Source: Felis catus (lineage: Eukaryota). Taken from it: 64,000 nucleotides of DNA. Below the pieces are notes generated by a model. That model was not told where the DNA came from. It was given only the letters and a program-made list of their open reading frames with translations, and searched no databases. This document shows positions 11,929 to 23,450 of this stretch, piece after piece (the stretch's first letter is position 1; every line of letters starts with the position of its first letter). Where the stretch lies: positions 23,996,001 through 24,060,000 of the forward strand of contig NC_058368.1 in NCBI RefSeq assembly GCF_018350175.1, in the 5' to 3' direction. A program made the translations under genes and the position numbers.

Positions 11929-13229
11929 CCAGACTTCAAGTTGTGTTACAAAGCTGTAATCATCAAGACAGTATGGTACTGGCACAAGAACAGACACTCA
12001 GATCAATGGAAGAGAACAGAGAACCAAGAAATGAACCCACAAATGTATGGCCAACTAATCTTTGACAAAGAGGGAAAGACTATCCAATGGAATAAAGACA
12101 GTCTCTTCAGCAAACGGTGCTGGGAAAACTGTACAGTGACATGCAGAAAAATGAACCTGGGCCACTTTGTTACACCATACACAAAAGTAAACTCAAAATG
12201 GATGAAAGACCTAAATGTAACACAAGAAGCCATCAAAATCCTCATGGAGAAAGCAGGCAAAAACCTCTCTGACCCCAACCACAGCAACTGCTTACTCAAC
12301 ACATCTCCAGAGGCAAGGGAAACGAAAACAAAAATGAACTACTGGGACCTCATCAAAATAAAAAGCTTCTGCACCACGAAGGAAACAATCAGCAAAACTA
12401 AAAGGCAACTAACAGAATGGGAGAAGATATTTGCAAATGACCTATCAGATAAAGGGTTAGTATCCAAAGTCTATAAAGAACTTACCAAACTCAACACCCA
12501 AAATCAAATAATCCAGTGAAGAAATGGGCAAAAGGCATGAATAGACACTTCTCCAAAGAAGACATCCAGATGGCCGACACATGAAAAAATGCTCAACATC
12601 ACTCATCATCAGGGAAATACTAATCAAAACCGCAATGAGACACCACCTCACCCCTGTCAGAATGGCTAACATTAACAACTCAGGCAACAACAGTTGTTGG
12701 CAAGGATGCGGAGAAAGAGGATCTCTTTTGCATTGTTGGTGGCAATGCAAGCTGGTGCAGCCACTCTGCAGAACAGTATGGAGATTCTTCAAAAAATTAA
12801 AAATAGAACGACCCTACGACCCACCAATTGCACTACTAGGTATTTACCCAAGGGATACAAGTATGCTGTTTTGAAGGGGCACATGCACCCCAGTGTTTAT
12901 AGCAGCACGATCAATAATAGCTAAAGTATGGAAAGAGCCCAAATATCCATTGATGGATGAATGGATAAAGATGTGGTGTGTGTGTGTGTGTATACATATA
13001 TACATGTATATACATGTATGTATATACATGTATATACATGTATATATATGTATACATATATACGTATATACATGTACGTGTATACACGTATATATGTATA
13101 CATATATACGTGTATATACATATATATACATGTATATACACGTATGTATATACATATATATGTATACATATATACGTGTATATACATATATACGTGTATA
13201 TACATGTATGTATATACATATATATGTAT

Positions 13230-13266
<37 letters not shown>

Positions 13267-13637
13267 GGAGTATTACTTGGCAATCCAAAAGAATGAAATC
13301 TTGCCATTTGCAGCTACATGGATGAACTAGAGAGTATTATGCTAAGCAAAATTAGAGAAAGACAAATATGACTTCACTCATATGAGGACTTCAAGACACA
13401 GAACAGATGAACACAAGGGAAGGGAAGCAAAAATAATATAAAAACAGGGAGGGGGATAAAAACATAACAGACTCTTACATGGAGAACAAACAGAGGGTTG
13501 CTGGAGGGGTTGTAGGAGGGAGGATGGGCTAAATAGGTAAGGGGCATAAGAAATCTACTCCTGAAATCATTGTTGCACTATATGCTAACTTAGATGTAAA
13601 TTAACAAAAATAAATTAAATAAAAATAAAAATAAAAT
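11929..13637 (+). mobile_element. 5'-truncated felid/carnivore L1 (ORF2 C-terminal part and 3'UTR)
   Basis: ORF 11881-12519 (PDFKLCYKAVIIKTVWYWHKNR...) and 12581-12874 are L1 ORF2 fragments; poly-A tail; degraded TSD aaacaagagttggc/aagaaagggtggc. Confidence 0.95.
12976..13264. repeat. Complex (GT)n-(TA/TACA/TACG)n-(AC)n microsatellite
   Basis: About 290 bp of alternating purine-pyrimidine inside the L1 3' end. Confidence 0.95.
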
Positions 13638-14021
13638 GAAAGAAAGGGTGGCACAGCATGGGTTTACACCTGTGCTAGTGGAGCTTCCTCAATGTTTGGG
13701 GCTTGGAAAACCTCTGCACTTTGTGCCATCCATCCTTGGATGCAAGGAACCCAGAATGATGGTTTTGAACTTTCTGCCAGTAAAGAGGAATAGCACATTT
13801 TAAGAAAAGTGAAAAAATGCAGTGTTTCTTGATCACCTGGATTTGTGAACTGATTCTTTCCTATTTTATACATGCAATATGTGCCAAGTAAGAGTGTAGT
13901 AGTGTCTTCAAATGTCTAGAGACAAGCCAGTGTGGTAAGTTATTTTTTCAGAAAGGAGAGAGTAGAGTGAGGAGACAATTTATTTCTGTTAAGTATTCTG
14001 TATAAACACAACTTAAAAAAA

Positions 14022-14077
14022 TTTTTTTTAACTTTTTAAAATTTAGTTTTGAGAGAGAGACAAGGTGTGAGCAGGGG

Positions 14078-14153
<76 letters not shown>

Positions 14154-14288
14154 AATGAATATCCAAAGCAGGCTCCAGGCTCTGAGCTGTCAGCACAGAG
14201 CCCTATGGGAGGCTCAAACCCAGGAACCAGGAGATCATGACCTGAGCCAAAGTCAGACACTTCACCGATTGAGCCACCCAGGCACCCC
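14022..14288 (-). mobile_element. Carnivore SINE (SINEC) with expanded (CT)n, inserted in the tail of the neighbouring SINE
   Basis: Ends gagccacccaggcacccc (reverse complement of the SINE 5' end); long (GA)n at about 14084-14148. Confidence 0.93.
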
Positions 14289-14297
14289 AGAAATTAT

Positions 14298-14522
14298 TTT
14301 TTAGGAGAGAGAAAGCATGAGTGAGGGGAGAGGGGCAGAGGGAAAGAGAGAGAGAGAGAGAGACAGACAGACACAGACAGAGGTGGGGTGGAAAGAGAAT
14401 CTTATGCAGGCTCCATGCTCAGCATGGAGGCCAACACAGGGCTCAATCCCCCTACCCTGGGATCATGGTTGCGCCAAAATCAACAGTCTGATGCCTAATT
14501 GACTGAGCCATCCAGGTGCCCC
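14298..14522 (-). mobile_element. Older carnivore SINE (SINEC)
   Basis: Ends gactgagccatccaggtgcccc; degraded TSD taaacacaactt/taaacagaaagtt brackets both SINEs. Confidence 0.88.
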
Positions 14523-14791
14523 TAAACAGAAAGTTGATAAAAATTTGAGTAAATAGCATTTTGTTATTTATAATATATTACAGTATTGCTAACAAAAGCA
14601 ACTATTACAAAGCCAAATTAGAAAGTCATCGTCTGAGGAATCTCTTAGTCACCAATTGTTAGACTTTGCAGTATTAATTCATAGAAGGACTGTCTTGAGA
14701 GAATATTCACCTTGTACATATCAGCCAAAAAACTAAAACAGAACAATAATCTTTTTCATCCATGTTATATGGCTAAAAGGCTGACGACATA

Positions 14792-14967
14792 GGGGTGCCT
14801 AGGTGGCTCAGTCAGCTGAGTGACTTCCGATTTTGGCTCTGGTCACGATTCCAAGGTCATGGGATCGAGCCCTTCATTGGGCTTTCACTGAGGGCAAAGC
14901 CTGCTTGGGATTCCCTCTCTCCCTATCCCCCTACCCCTAAATTGTACACTCTCAGAAAAGGGGGAAA
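14792..14967 (+). mobile_element. Carnivore SINE (SINEC)
   Basis: ggggtgcctaggtggctcagtc start; 17-bp TSD aaaaggctgacgacata/aaaaggccaatgatgta. Confidence 0.92.
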
Positions 14968-14985
14968 AAAAGGCCAATGATGTAC

Positions 14986-15099
14986 CTGCGAAACGCTAAG
15001 AGCTTCGGGTCGAACTCCACCCAAGCTCTTCTGGTACACTGTCCAGAGCTGCTCGGATCTTGAGAGATTTAATTGAGTTTGCTCATTAGTCATAGACAT
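14986..15099 (-). CDS. Candidate first coding exon, 38 codons (MSMTNEQTQLNLSRSEQLWTVYQKSLGGVRPEALSVSQ), product unrecognised
   Basis: ATG at 15099 preceded by an in-frame stop; open to the phase-0 donor CAG|GTACAT (ancestrally GTACGT, inferred from the TSD); five CpGs retained in 14986-15056. Confidence 0.3.
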
Positions 15100-16084
15100 T
15101 CATTACATGGGCCCAGTATTCTCAGCATTATGACTCTTCTCTCAGAGGTAATGGAGAAATTCAGCACAGTCCCTTGCCTAGGCTCTTTCTATACTTCAGT
15201 GGCTGGTTGATCACACACTGTGGACTGTATCTGGTGCATCAGTGCTTGTGGCTGCCATTCCTAGAAAATGTTCTGGACTGAGGTCCAAGTGAGCAGCATC
15301 CTTTGTCTTCTCATCATATGCAATCAGGGTGCAAAGGAGGTAGTAAGTAGTATAGCAGAATTTGGAGTCCCGATTTTCACTCTGCACTTTTCATCCAGCC
15401 CATTTGCCCTACATACCTAGTAGCCATGTTATATTCGTGAGGCCCCGAACCTGTTTTCTCTTCTCTAAAATGAGGGGCGGGGGGAGGGAGTTCAGATCAA
15501 TGATCTGACTGGTTGTTTGTATTGTTTAAGGTTTGTATTGTTATTGCCAGCATAAGTTCATCTTATTAATCATTTAAAGACAAAAAGCAAAAGAGATCAC
15601 ATTGGTAACCTGCTAAAATAATTATTGATTCCCTATAATGATCACTGTGCTCCACTTTTACAAATATCCTGGTCATTTCTTTTTGTTAATTTCTCCCCCT
15701 CTGTCTCTTCCCCCATGTACACAGACATTGATTTTGCGGGCAGGAAAGCCTGTGAAAGAAATCTTAAAGCATTTATTTTTGCAGAAAATTTAGATATATT
15801 GCACCTACTCCTTGATCAATACCTTACATCATAGGTGATTGGAACCCTGAGAGTTTGAATCCTGTCTGATTTTGATGGCACCACATGGGGAGTTTTAGTT
15901 CTCCTATTTGAGTGATTTGAGGAAACAAGCAGAATGTATAGTTTCATTTTCCCCTGATTGAGTTTCCACCATGGAGATAATATTGCAGGTTACAGGAGTT
16001 GGCTGCTTGGATGTAGATAGAGTAGCCCATTTCCCTCCTGCTTACTTCTATCATTCATCATTTCTACTACTAATAACTGAGCAA

Positions 16085-16360
16085 AGTGATAAAAGCAGTG
16101 TGGAATGCAGCCAGATGCAGGCGAAAATGAACAGGATTTGTGACCAGATAAACCTAGTTCTGAATCTCCAGCTATGTTTTTTTTTTGTTTTTATTTATTT
16201 TTTTAGGTAAGTAACATCAACTCTCTGTGTATCAATTTCCCTTGCTCATTAACACCTACTTTTACAACAACACTCCTTTGCAGGGTACAAAAAGGAATAC
16301 AAAATATATGAGGAATATGCCTGGCATCCATATATGCATGCAATGAATTATAGCCACTGT
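16085..16360. mobile_element. MIR SINE remnant
   Basis: gcagtgtggaatg...cagataaacctagttctgaatctccagct...ctctgtgtatcaatttcc. Confidence 0.5.
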
Positions 16361-17333
16361 TCAATATGTACTCAATTCCAACTTTAGTTACTTCTTTCCC
16401 ACCTCCAGATTTTCACCAGAGGTAAAATTATTTTTTATATGTATGCTCTTAATTGGTAAATATGCCACATTTATTAATAAGTTTTATATATAATTTATGG
16501 CATTGATGAAAGAACTTGAAGAAGACGCAAATAGAAGACCAAATATTCCATGCTTATGGAAGGGAAGAATATTGTTGCAATCTCCATGCTATTCAAAACA
16601 ACCTATGGATTCACTGCAATCCCTGTTAAAATCCCAATGGCATTTTTTTCACAGAACTAGAGTAAACAAACCTCAAATTTGTGTGGACTAAAAAGACCCC
16701 AGATAGCCAAAACAATCTTGAGAAAGAAAACAAAGCTGGAGGCATCCTGCTTCTTGATTTCAAGCTAGACGAAGAACTATAGTAACCAAAACAGTATGGT
16801 ATTGGCATAAAAACAGACACATAATTCAGTGGGACAGAACACAGTCCAGAAATAAACCTACACATATATAGTCAATTAGCTTACAAAAACAACCAGAAAT
16901 CTACAATCCAAAATGACAGTATCTCTGATAAAGGGTTCTGGGAAAAGTGAACAGTGACACACAAAAGCATGAAATTGGACCCCTTACACCATAAAAATCA
17001 ATCCAAAAGGTTCAAAGACTTGAACATAAAAAGTGAAGCCATAAAACTCCTAGAAGGAAACATAGGTGGTAAGTGCTTAATACTGGTCTTGGCAATGATT
17101 TTCTTGGATTTGACACCAAAAACAAAGGCAACAAAAGCAAAACTAAACAAATGGGACTACATCAAACTAAAAAGCTTCTGCACAACAAAGGAAACCACCA
17201 ACAAAATGAAAGAGCAGCCTACTGAATGGAAAAAAATATATTTGCAAATCATCTATCTGATAAGGGCTTAATATCCAAAATATATAAAAACGTCATACAA
17301 CTCAAGAGCAAATTAGGATTAGGATAGATACTG

Positions 17334-17545
17334 GGGCACCTGGGTGGCTCAGTTGGTTAGTCCTCCAACTTCAACTCGGGTCATGATCTCACAGTTCACG
17401 AGTTCAAGCCCGGCATAGGGTTCTGTGCTGACCACTCAGCCTGGAGCCTAATATGGATTCTGTGTCTCGCTCTCTCTCTGCCCCTTCCCCACTCAAACTC
17501 TGTCTCTCTCTCAAGAACAAACAAACATTAAAAAAATAAAAAAAG
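17334..17545 (+). mobile_element. Carnivore SINE (SINEC)
   Basis: ggggcacctgggtggctcagttggtt start, (CT)n, A tail. Confidence 0.92.
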
Positions 17546-17559
17546 AATTGGAGAGATAA

Positions 17560-17660
17560 TGGACTGTCTGGTTCAGTCAGTAGAGCATGCGACTCTTGAC
17601 CTCAGGGTTGTTGGTTTTAGCCCCATGATGAGTGTAGAGATTACTTTAAAAATCTTGAGG
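17560..17660 (+). mobile_element. Short old tRNA-derived carnivore SINE
   Basis: ctggttcagtcagtagagcatgcgactcttgacctcagggttg...ccccatgatgagtgtagagattactttaaaaatctt. Confidence 0.8.
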
Positions 17661-17690
17661 AAAAGAAGAAGAAAAAATAGGCAGAGAAAC

Positions 17691-18102
17691 TAGCCACGCA
17701 CTGAAGAAAAGGTTCTCAGACACTTACACTGAGCAGACGTGCAGGGCTGCCTCTGCCAGCGAACAGCAACAGCAGAAAACTGCATATAGTCTTTATTTCA
17801 TGGTCGCCAGGTATAAACATCAAAGAATGTTAAAGCGTGGGAGAAAAACACAAAGCCTCCAAACATAGACCGAACACACATCTGATGTTTATGTCAAAGC
17901 ATGTACGGAAGATGTGCAGTTTCAATGTGTAGGCAATTACAGTGGGTCTGTTCCCTAACTGGCTCCTCGGAGATCATGGGGCTCTGTTCTCATAGCACTA
18001 TTGCATTCGACAGCCTTGAGACCCGAACATCGCTGAAGTTTCAGCAATTACCCTGTTCACTTTCCCAGGGCTTACAATACACTCTCTAGAAATAACTCCA
18101 CA
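17691..18102 (-). mobile_element. Probable solo LTR (family not recognised) inserted in L1
   Basis: 412-bp non-L1 insert; 5-bp TSD gaaac/ggaac; minus-strand termini TG...TA; minus-strand AATAAA at 17792-17797; L1 is collinear on both sides. Confidence 0.6.
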
Positions 18103-19469
18103 GGAACTGAACAGGTATTTTTCCAAAGGCGACATGTTATAGATGGCTAACAGGTACATGAAAAGGTACTCAACATCACTAATCATCAGGGAGGTGTAAA
18201 TCAAAACCACAATGACATAAAACCTCACACCTGTTAGAATGGGTATTCTCAAATAAGAAATCACAAGTCATGGTGAGGGTGTGGAGAAAAGAGAAACCCG
18301 GGGCACTGTTAGTGGGACTGTATATTGGTGAACCCACTATGGAAATCAGAATGGAGATTTCTCAAAAAAATTAAAAATAGAACTTATGATACAGAAATTC
18401 CACGTCTGGGTGTTTATCTGAAGGAAACAAAACACTAACTTGAAAAGATAACTACACCCTATGTTCACTACAGCATTGTTTACAATAACTGAGACAGAAA
18501 CAACCTAAGTGTCCATGGATGGATGAAAAAAAGAAAATGTGGTAAATAGATACAATAAATGTTATTGAGTCTTAAAAAAGAAAAGAAATCTTTCCATTTG
18601 TGACAACACTGATGAATCTTAAGGGCATTATGCTAAATGAAGTAAGTCAGATAAAGAGTCAGATGTGATCTGTGTTAACTTATATGTGTAATCTTAAAAA
18701 AACATGCATTCACAGTTAGAGCAGATTGGTGGTTGCCAAAGGTGGGAAGGTCTGGGGGATGTGAAATGGGTGAGGGTGGTCAAAAGGTACAAACTTCCAG
18801 CTGTAAAATAACAGTCATGGGATGTAATGTACAGCATTGTGACTATAGTTAATACTGTATTGCATATTTGATATGTGCTGAAAGTCAATCTTCAAAGTTC
18901 CCATCATTAAAGAAAAAAATGTAACTGTATAGCAATGAATGTTAACTAGACTTACTGTGGTGATCATTTTACAATCTACACATAATCATTTTTTTTATGC
19001 CTAATAAACCCAAGTAATGATTTATGTTAATGATACTGCAATTTAAAAAATTAAATGAACTCATTTATCCCCCACCAAGTTCCTAGAACAGAATACAATC
19101 AATACCTTCAAAATCGAGTTTCATAATGCCCAATTTTGAGATGGGACCCAGAACCTCCTATCATAAATTTTGTGTTGATCTTTCTTTTCCTTCCTAGTCT
19201 TTGTAATCTCTCTTTCAATGTATTTGTTTTTATGTATATGTATATATATGTGTCTCCCTATACGTATGCACAAATATAGGACTCTATAGGTAGACATAGA
19301 GTACATTTACTCCATATAGTATATTTTACATACATACATATACTTAAGGTAGGTGACATAGCTGAAAAGGAATTCATAAAATTATATTTATATTAATCTA
19401 GATGAATATATTGATATTAATATTTTCATTCTATACGTATGCTCTTATAGCTCCCATTTTCAGCCGTTA

Positions 19470-19679
19470 TTTTTTTTTTTTTTTGTATAGTTTTTTTCAC
19501 GTTTCTTTATTTTGAGAGACACAGAACGAGCAGGGGAGGGGCAGAGAGAGAGAATCCCAAGCAGACTCATGCTGTCAGTGCAGAGCCCCACGTGGGGCTC
19601 AGTCTAACAAACCGTGAGATCATGACCTGAGCCAAAATCAAGAGCCAGGCGCTTAACTGACTGAGCCACACAGGGACCC
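19470..19679 (-). mobile_element. Carnivore SINE (SINEC)
   Basis: Poly-T followed by SINE body in reverse, ending gactgagccacacagggaccc. Confidence 0.9.
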
Positions 19680-20754
19680 ACCAATATTTTGTTCTTAATA
19701 TCATCGTGTGAATTAACTTATTTCACAACTTCCTTTTGGCTTTGTCACATTCTTAAGTTTCTAATTTTCATTGTGATCTTTTAGTCACTTTGTATATTCT
19801 TTCGGTTTTTGTACATATTTTCAGTACCTCTTATTTCTTCTATCATGTAAAATGTATGTTTTTAATCTCTATCTAAAAATTCCAGTATCAACCATCTTTT
19901 CAGGTCTTATTCCATGGTATATTTTTTGGACCCTTAGAAATGTTGGCTTATCTCTTCGCATGTTAGAGATTCTTTATTGTGAGCCTGTATTTTCTGGAGC
20001 TCAGTTTTGCGGGAACTCTTCAGATAAGCTTATAGTGTGCTTCTGCCTGAAGCTCTACCAATTAAGGACCATTGTTAATTCTGAGCTTTGGTTTTTGACC
20101 ACAGACACTCTGACCTTTAGTTTTAAACTCCCGTGAGGATGGATTTCTAGCAGGAATCAAGGGATTTTTTAATTCCTCTGCAGAGCTATTTTTTCTTATT
20201 CACCCACCAAGGTGTCACTCTTTGGTGTCACTTATATGTGGGTCTCTGATCTAATTTCACACCTGTTCAAGTATTAGGCATGATCACCTAACTCCGTGTC
20301 ACACACCACTTAAAACCCAGGCTCTCAGATATTAGCAATCAGCCATTTCCCCCCAGGAAACATTCTGGTGGCAGTACTAATCTGGATTAATACTTCCTCT
20401 TCCCTTCTGGCCTCCTCTTCCTTACCTTTCTCCCTCCCAAACCCCTCCCCCATGTATGGTACTTTGATGTCCTTAAAAATGTTTTAAAAATAGCTTTTCA
20501 AAAATCTCTACTTGTTATGCACAAGAAGGTTTTTCTCTGGACATTTGGTTCACCACAGCTAAACCTAAGAATTATTTTAGTATCGAATGCCCTTGTCATC
20601 TCCTGTCCAATTGTCTCCCAGTGAGCTGGAGACCTCGTTCTCCTTGCCCTCCCCTCCCTCCACGAGGTCCTCAGATGCTTTGCTTTGCTCTGGACCTCTA
20701 TTTCTTTCTTGCCCCCAAACAAATTTTCAATTGACCTAAATAGAGAAAACAAAA

Positions 20755-20965
20755 ACTGGGGTCAGAAGACTGGATTTGAATCTTTTCCTTGTTCTTTTTT
20801 CACTATGTAATTTGGGGTAAATTACTTAACATCTCTCACCTCAGTCTCTTCACCTGTAAAACAGAATTCTTGCCCCACTTGTCATAAATAACTGTTCTGA
20901 GTAGCAAATGAGGAATATATATATAAAGTTTTTTAATTGGTAAAATGTGTTAAAAATGTAAAACA
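20755..20965. mobile_element. MIR SINE remnant
   Basis: gtcagaagactggatttgaatc...aaattacttaacatctctcacctcagtctcttcacctgtaaaac. Confidence 0.7.
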
Positions 20966-21703
20966 TTCGCAAAACTTGACCTACAAACCAAGGGTGCTTC
21001 TCTCCATCATTTGCCCCTGAAGAAAGGATCTAATAAATGATTTTATGCTGAATGAATTGTGTTCCAAGGTCGTTTATCTTTTATTGGAGAAACATGCCCA
21101 ATACAAAAGAAAGCAGCTCTAAATGTTTTCACGATGGTAGGGTGGGTATTTTTGGATGGTGGTTTTCCTCTTCCTTGTGCATCCATTATCAGCACATACA
21201 CATATACATGAGGCTAACATTTCTCTTACCTCCAGAAGCAATCTCACTGCTAATTTCTGGTAAATGCTTTTTTTTTTTTTTGCAGAAATAATGGTTGCAG
21301 AAAAGGAAGGCCACTCTGTAGCACATATAGCACAAGCTAGCTCTTACCAGCTCCTGTGGGTACATCATAAAGCTTTGATGAATGTGGATTTGAAAACAAA
21401 ATTTTAGAAATTAGTCTTAACACTTCCCCAAGAGGTGATGCGTGGTGCCTTTATTCGAATTTAAACTGGAAGCTGGCTTCAGCCATCTGTTAAATGGCCA
21501 CAAAACTACCCAGCTGCTTCCCCAGGGCCAGCAATAATATTATGGCTATACCTCTGTCCTCCTGGGAAGCTGAGTGAGCGGAATTCATCATCAGGGCAAA
21601 CAGCAGATATGCAGGATCAGCCTTGGGAAAATGGGCAGAGGAGGGCGGGCAGCATTTAGAATCTGTACAGGTAAGAAACATCCTCAAAGGTTTGTGTATT
21701 CAT

Positions 21704-21914
21704 TTTTTTTTAACGTTTATTTATTTTTGAGACAGAGAGAGACAGAGCATGAACAGGGGAGGGGCAGAGAGAGAGGGAGACACAGAATCTGAAACAGGCT
21801 CCAGTCTCTGAGCTGTCAGCACAGAGCCCAATGCGGGGCTCGAACCCACGGACCGTGAGATCATGACCTGAGCCGAAGTCGGACGCTCAACCGACCAAGC
21901 CACCCAGGCGCCCC
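21704..21914 (-). mobile_element. Young felid SINE (SINEC_Fc-like)
   Basis: CpGs intact; perfect 17-bp TSD aaggtttgtgtattcat (21687-21703, 21915-21931). Confidence 0.97.
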
Positions 21915-22192
21915 AAGGTTTGTGTATTCATAAGAGGATAAGTAGGCCTGGGATTTAAACTTTCTCTGTTTTATGGAATTCCCAATGTGACAGCACTGCT
22001 TTGATTCTTATATTTTACATCAATACATACATCCTCATACACACACTTAATTTGGAGTGGATTTTATGTTCTTATTTCAAAGTCCTGAAAGTTGCTTTTC
22101 AGCCACTTACATACTAATTCTCTTGTCCTCTCCAATTACAATTTTCAGTAATCTGTAGCTCAATGTAAGTTTTATTAGAACACAGAATCTAA

Positions 22193-22413
22193 GGGGTGCC
22201 TGGGTGGCTTAGGTGGTTAAGCGTCCAACTCTTGATTTGTGCTTAGGCTGATCTCACGGTTTTAAGATGGAGCCCCCAGCGCAAAGCCTGCTTAAGAGTC
22301 TCTCTCTCCCCCCACCCGGCCTTTCCCACTGCCTCTCCCCCATTAGCGCGGCTCTCTCTCTTGCTCCGTCAAATCGAGCTCTTCTCTGTAAAACAAAAAA
22401 ACAAAAAAAAAAA
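22193..22413 (+). mobile_element. Carnivore SINE (SINEC)
   Basis: ggggtgcctgggtggcttaggtggttaagcgtcc start; A tail. Confidence 0.88.
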
Positions 22414-23450
22414 CCACACTGACTCTAAGCTGATTCCAGCAGCAGCTATCGTAGTCATCCATTAGGCAGAAGCCAAATCAGATGGTCACCAGCAATGGCC
22501 TATCCATGGACCCAGTGGCCCATGTGGTAATCCCACTGTCTACAAGCTGAGATAACAGGAGGCAGGAATAACCAACTGGCCATCAAAATTAGTGGGTAGA
22601 CAGAGGCAGGAACAGAGAAACACATGGTGTTTGGCCAGAGGACAGGGACAGTGCAGACAGGTGGTGTGGGATGACTCCATGTATGAATGTGATGCATTCA
22701 CTAATGTGCCTTTGGGCCACCTGAACCGGATGTGACACATGGCTGGTGCTGCTACTGTGGACTTTATTTCAATGTTTATCCAAATTAGTAAATATCTATG
22801 GGCTCATTTATTCATTGCTGAATGCACTATCTTTTAAAATATAGTCTTGGCTCACTTATGTGTCCTAATTTCAAAGTGTCAAAACCAAGCATTTGTTGCA
22901 TATTTAATTAATACTATTTACAGTGAACAGAAAACAAGTATCAGAAAAAGCCTGGAGATCCAGAATAGTTTTCAAGTCTAAATTCTAAACACCCTTCATA
23001 CAGTTTTCAAGCCTCACTGAGAGCTACATCTCCTATCCTCCAGCCATTCTCACTTGGCCACAACCTGAAATTTGGTGCACTTTCTTTCCAGACTCAACTA
23101 TGTTTAGGTGTCTCTCACCTTTTTCTCCAGACTTTCTCTTTTTGTGGGGAAGTCATTTAAAGTAAGGTTAAATACAGGCAACTTAAGTCCATAGTCAACC
23201 TCACACCTCTTGTGAATTAGTAATAAAAACGTCTGATAAAGTAATAAGTCTACTAGGTAGGAATCAGATCAGAAACTTCTCCAGGATTTTAAAGTCCATT
23301 CCTTGTCTTTACAAAGACAGTTGTTGTTAAAGTTGTCCATATATACTCATGCTTTAAAGTACACTCTCATAAAAGGAGAAAGTCGTAAGAAAGAATGAGT
23401 GATGCCTGCATATAGTTTAATCAGCAAACCAAGTGGTGCAGCTTTTGAGC

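Larger units (their letters stand above)
16500..19050 (+). mobile_element. 5'-truncated older L1 (L1MA-like 3'UTR) interrupted by two SINEs and an LTR-like insert
   Basis: ORF2 fragments (16954-17271 ...KAKLNKWDYIKLKSFCTTKET); 3'UTR gtcatgggatgtaatgtacagcattgtgactatagttaatactg. Confidence 0.9.

Noticed and set aside
11881..12519. 212-aa ORF, the longest in the window
   Set aside because: Fragment of L1 ORF2 in a truncated element, with a non-ATG start from flanking DNA; not a host gene.
12844..13330. Multiple overlapping Y/I/C/V/H/T-rich ORFs (also 38268-38719, 11313-11498)
   Set aside because: Translation of dinucleotide low-complexity repeats.
14781..14996. Hammerhead ribozyme-like core (ctgacga ... 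gaaac) reconstructed across the SINE
   Set aside because: The CTGA arises from CpG decay in one TSD copy (ancestor ccgacga). No convincing stem II, or stems I and III around a UH cleavage site.
17560..17660. tRNA-like sequence with A and B boxes
   Set aside because: Degenerate acceptor stem and SINE-type tail: a tRNA-derived SINE, not a tRNA gene.
21349..21676. Splice-like motifs (+ strand CAG|GTAAGA at 21670; minus-strand acceptor 21663 and donor about 21348)
   Set aside because: No coherent reading frame or matched partner site of convincing strength.
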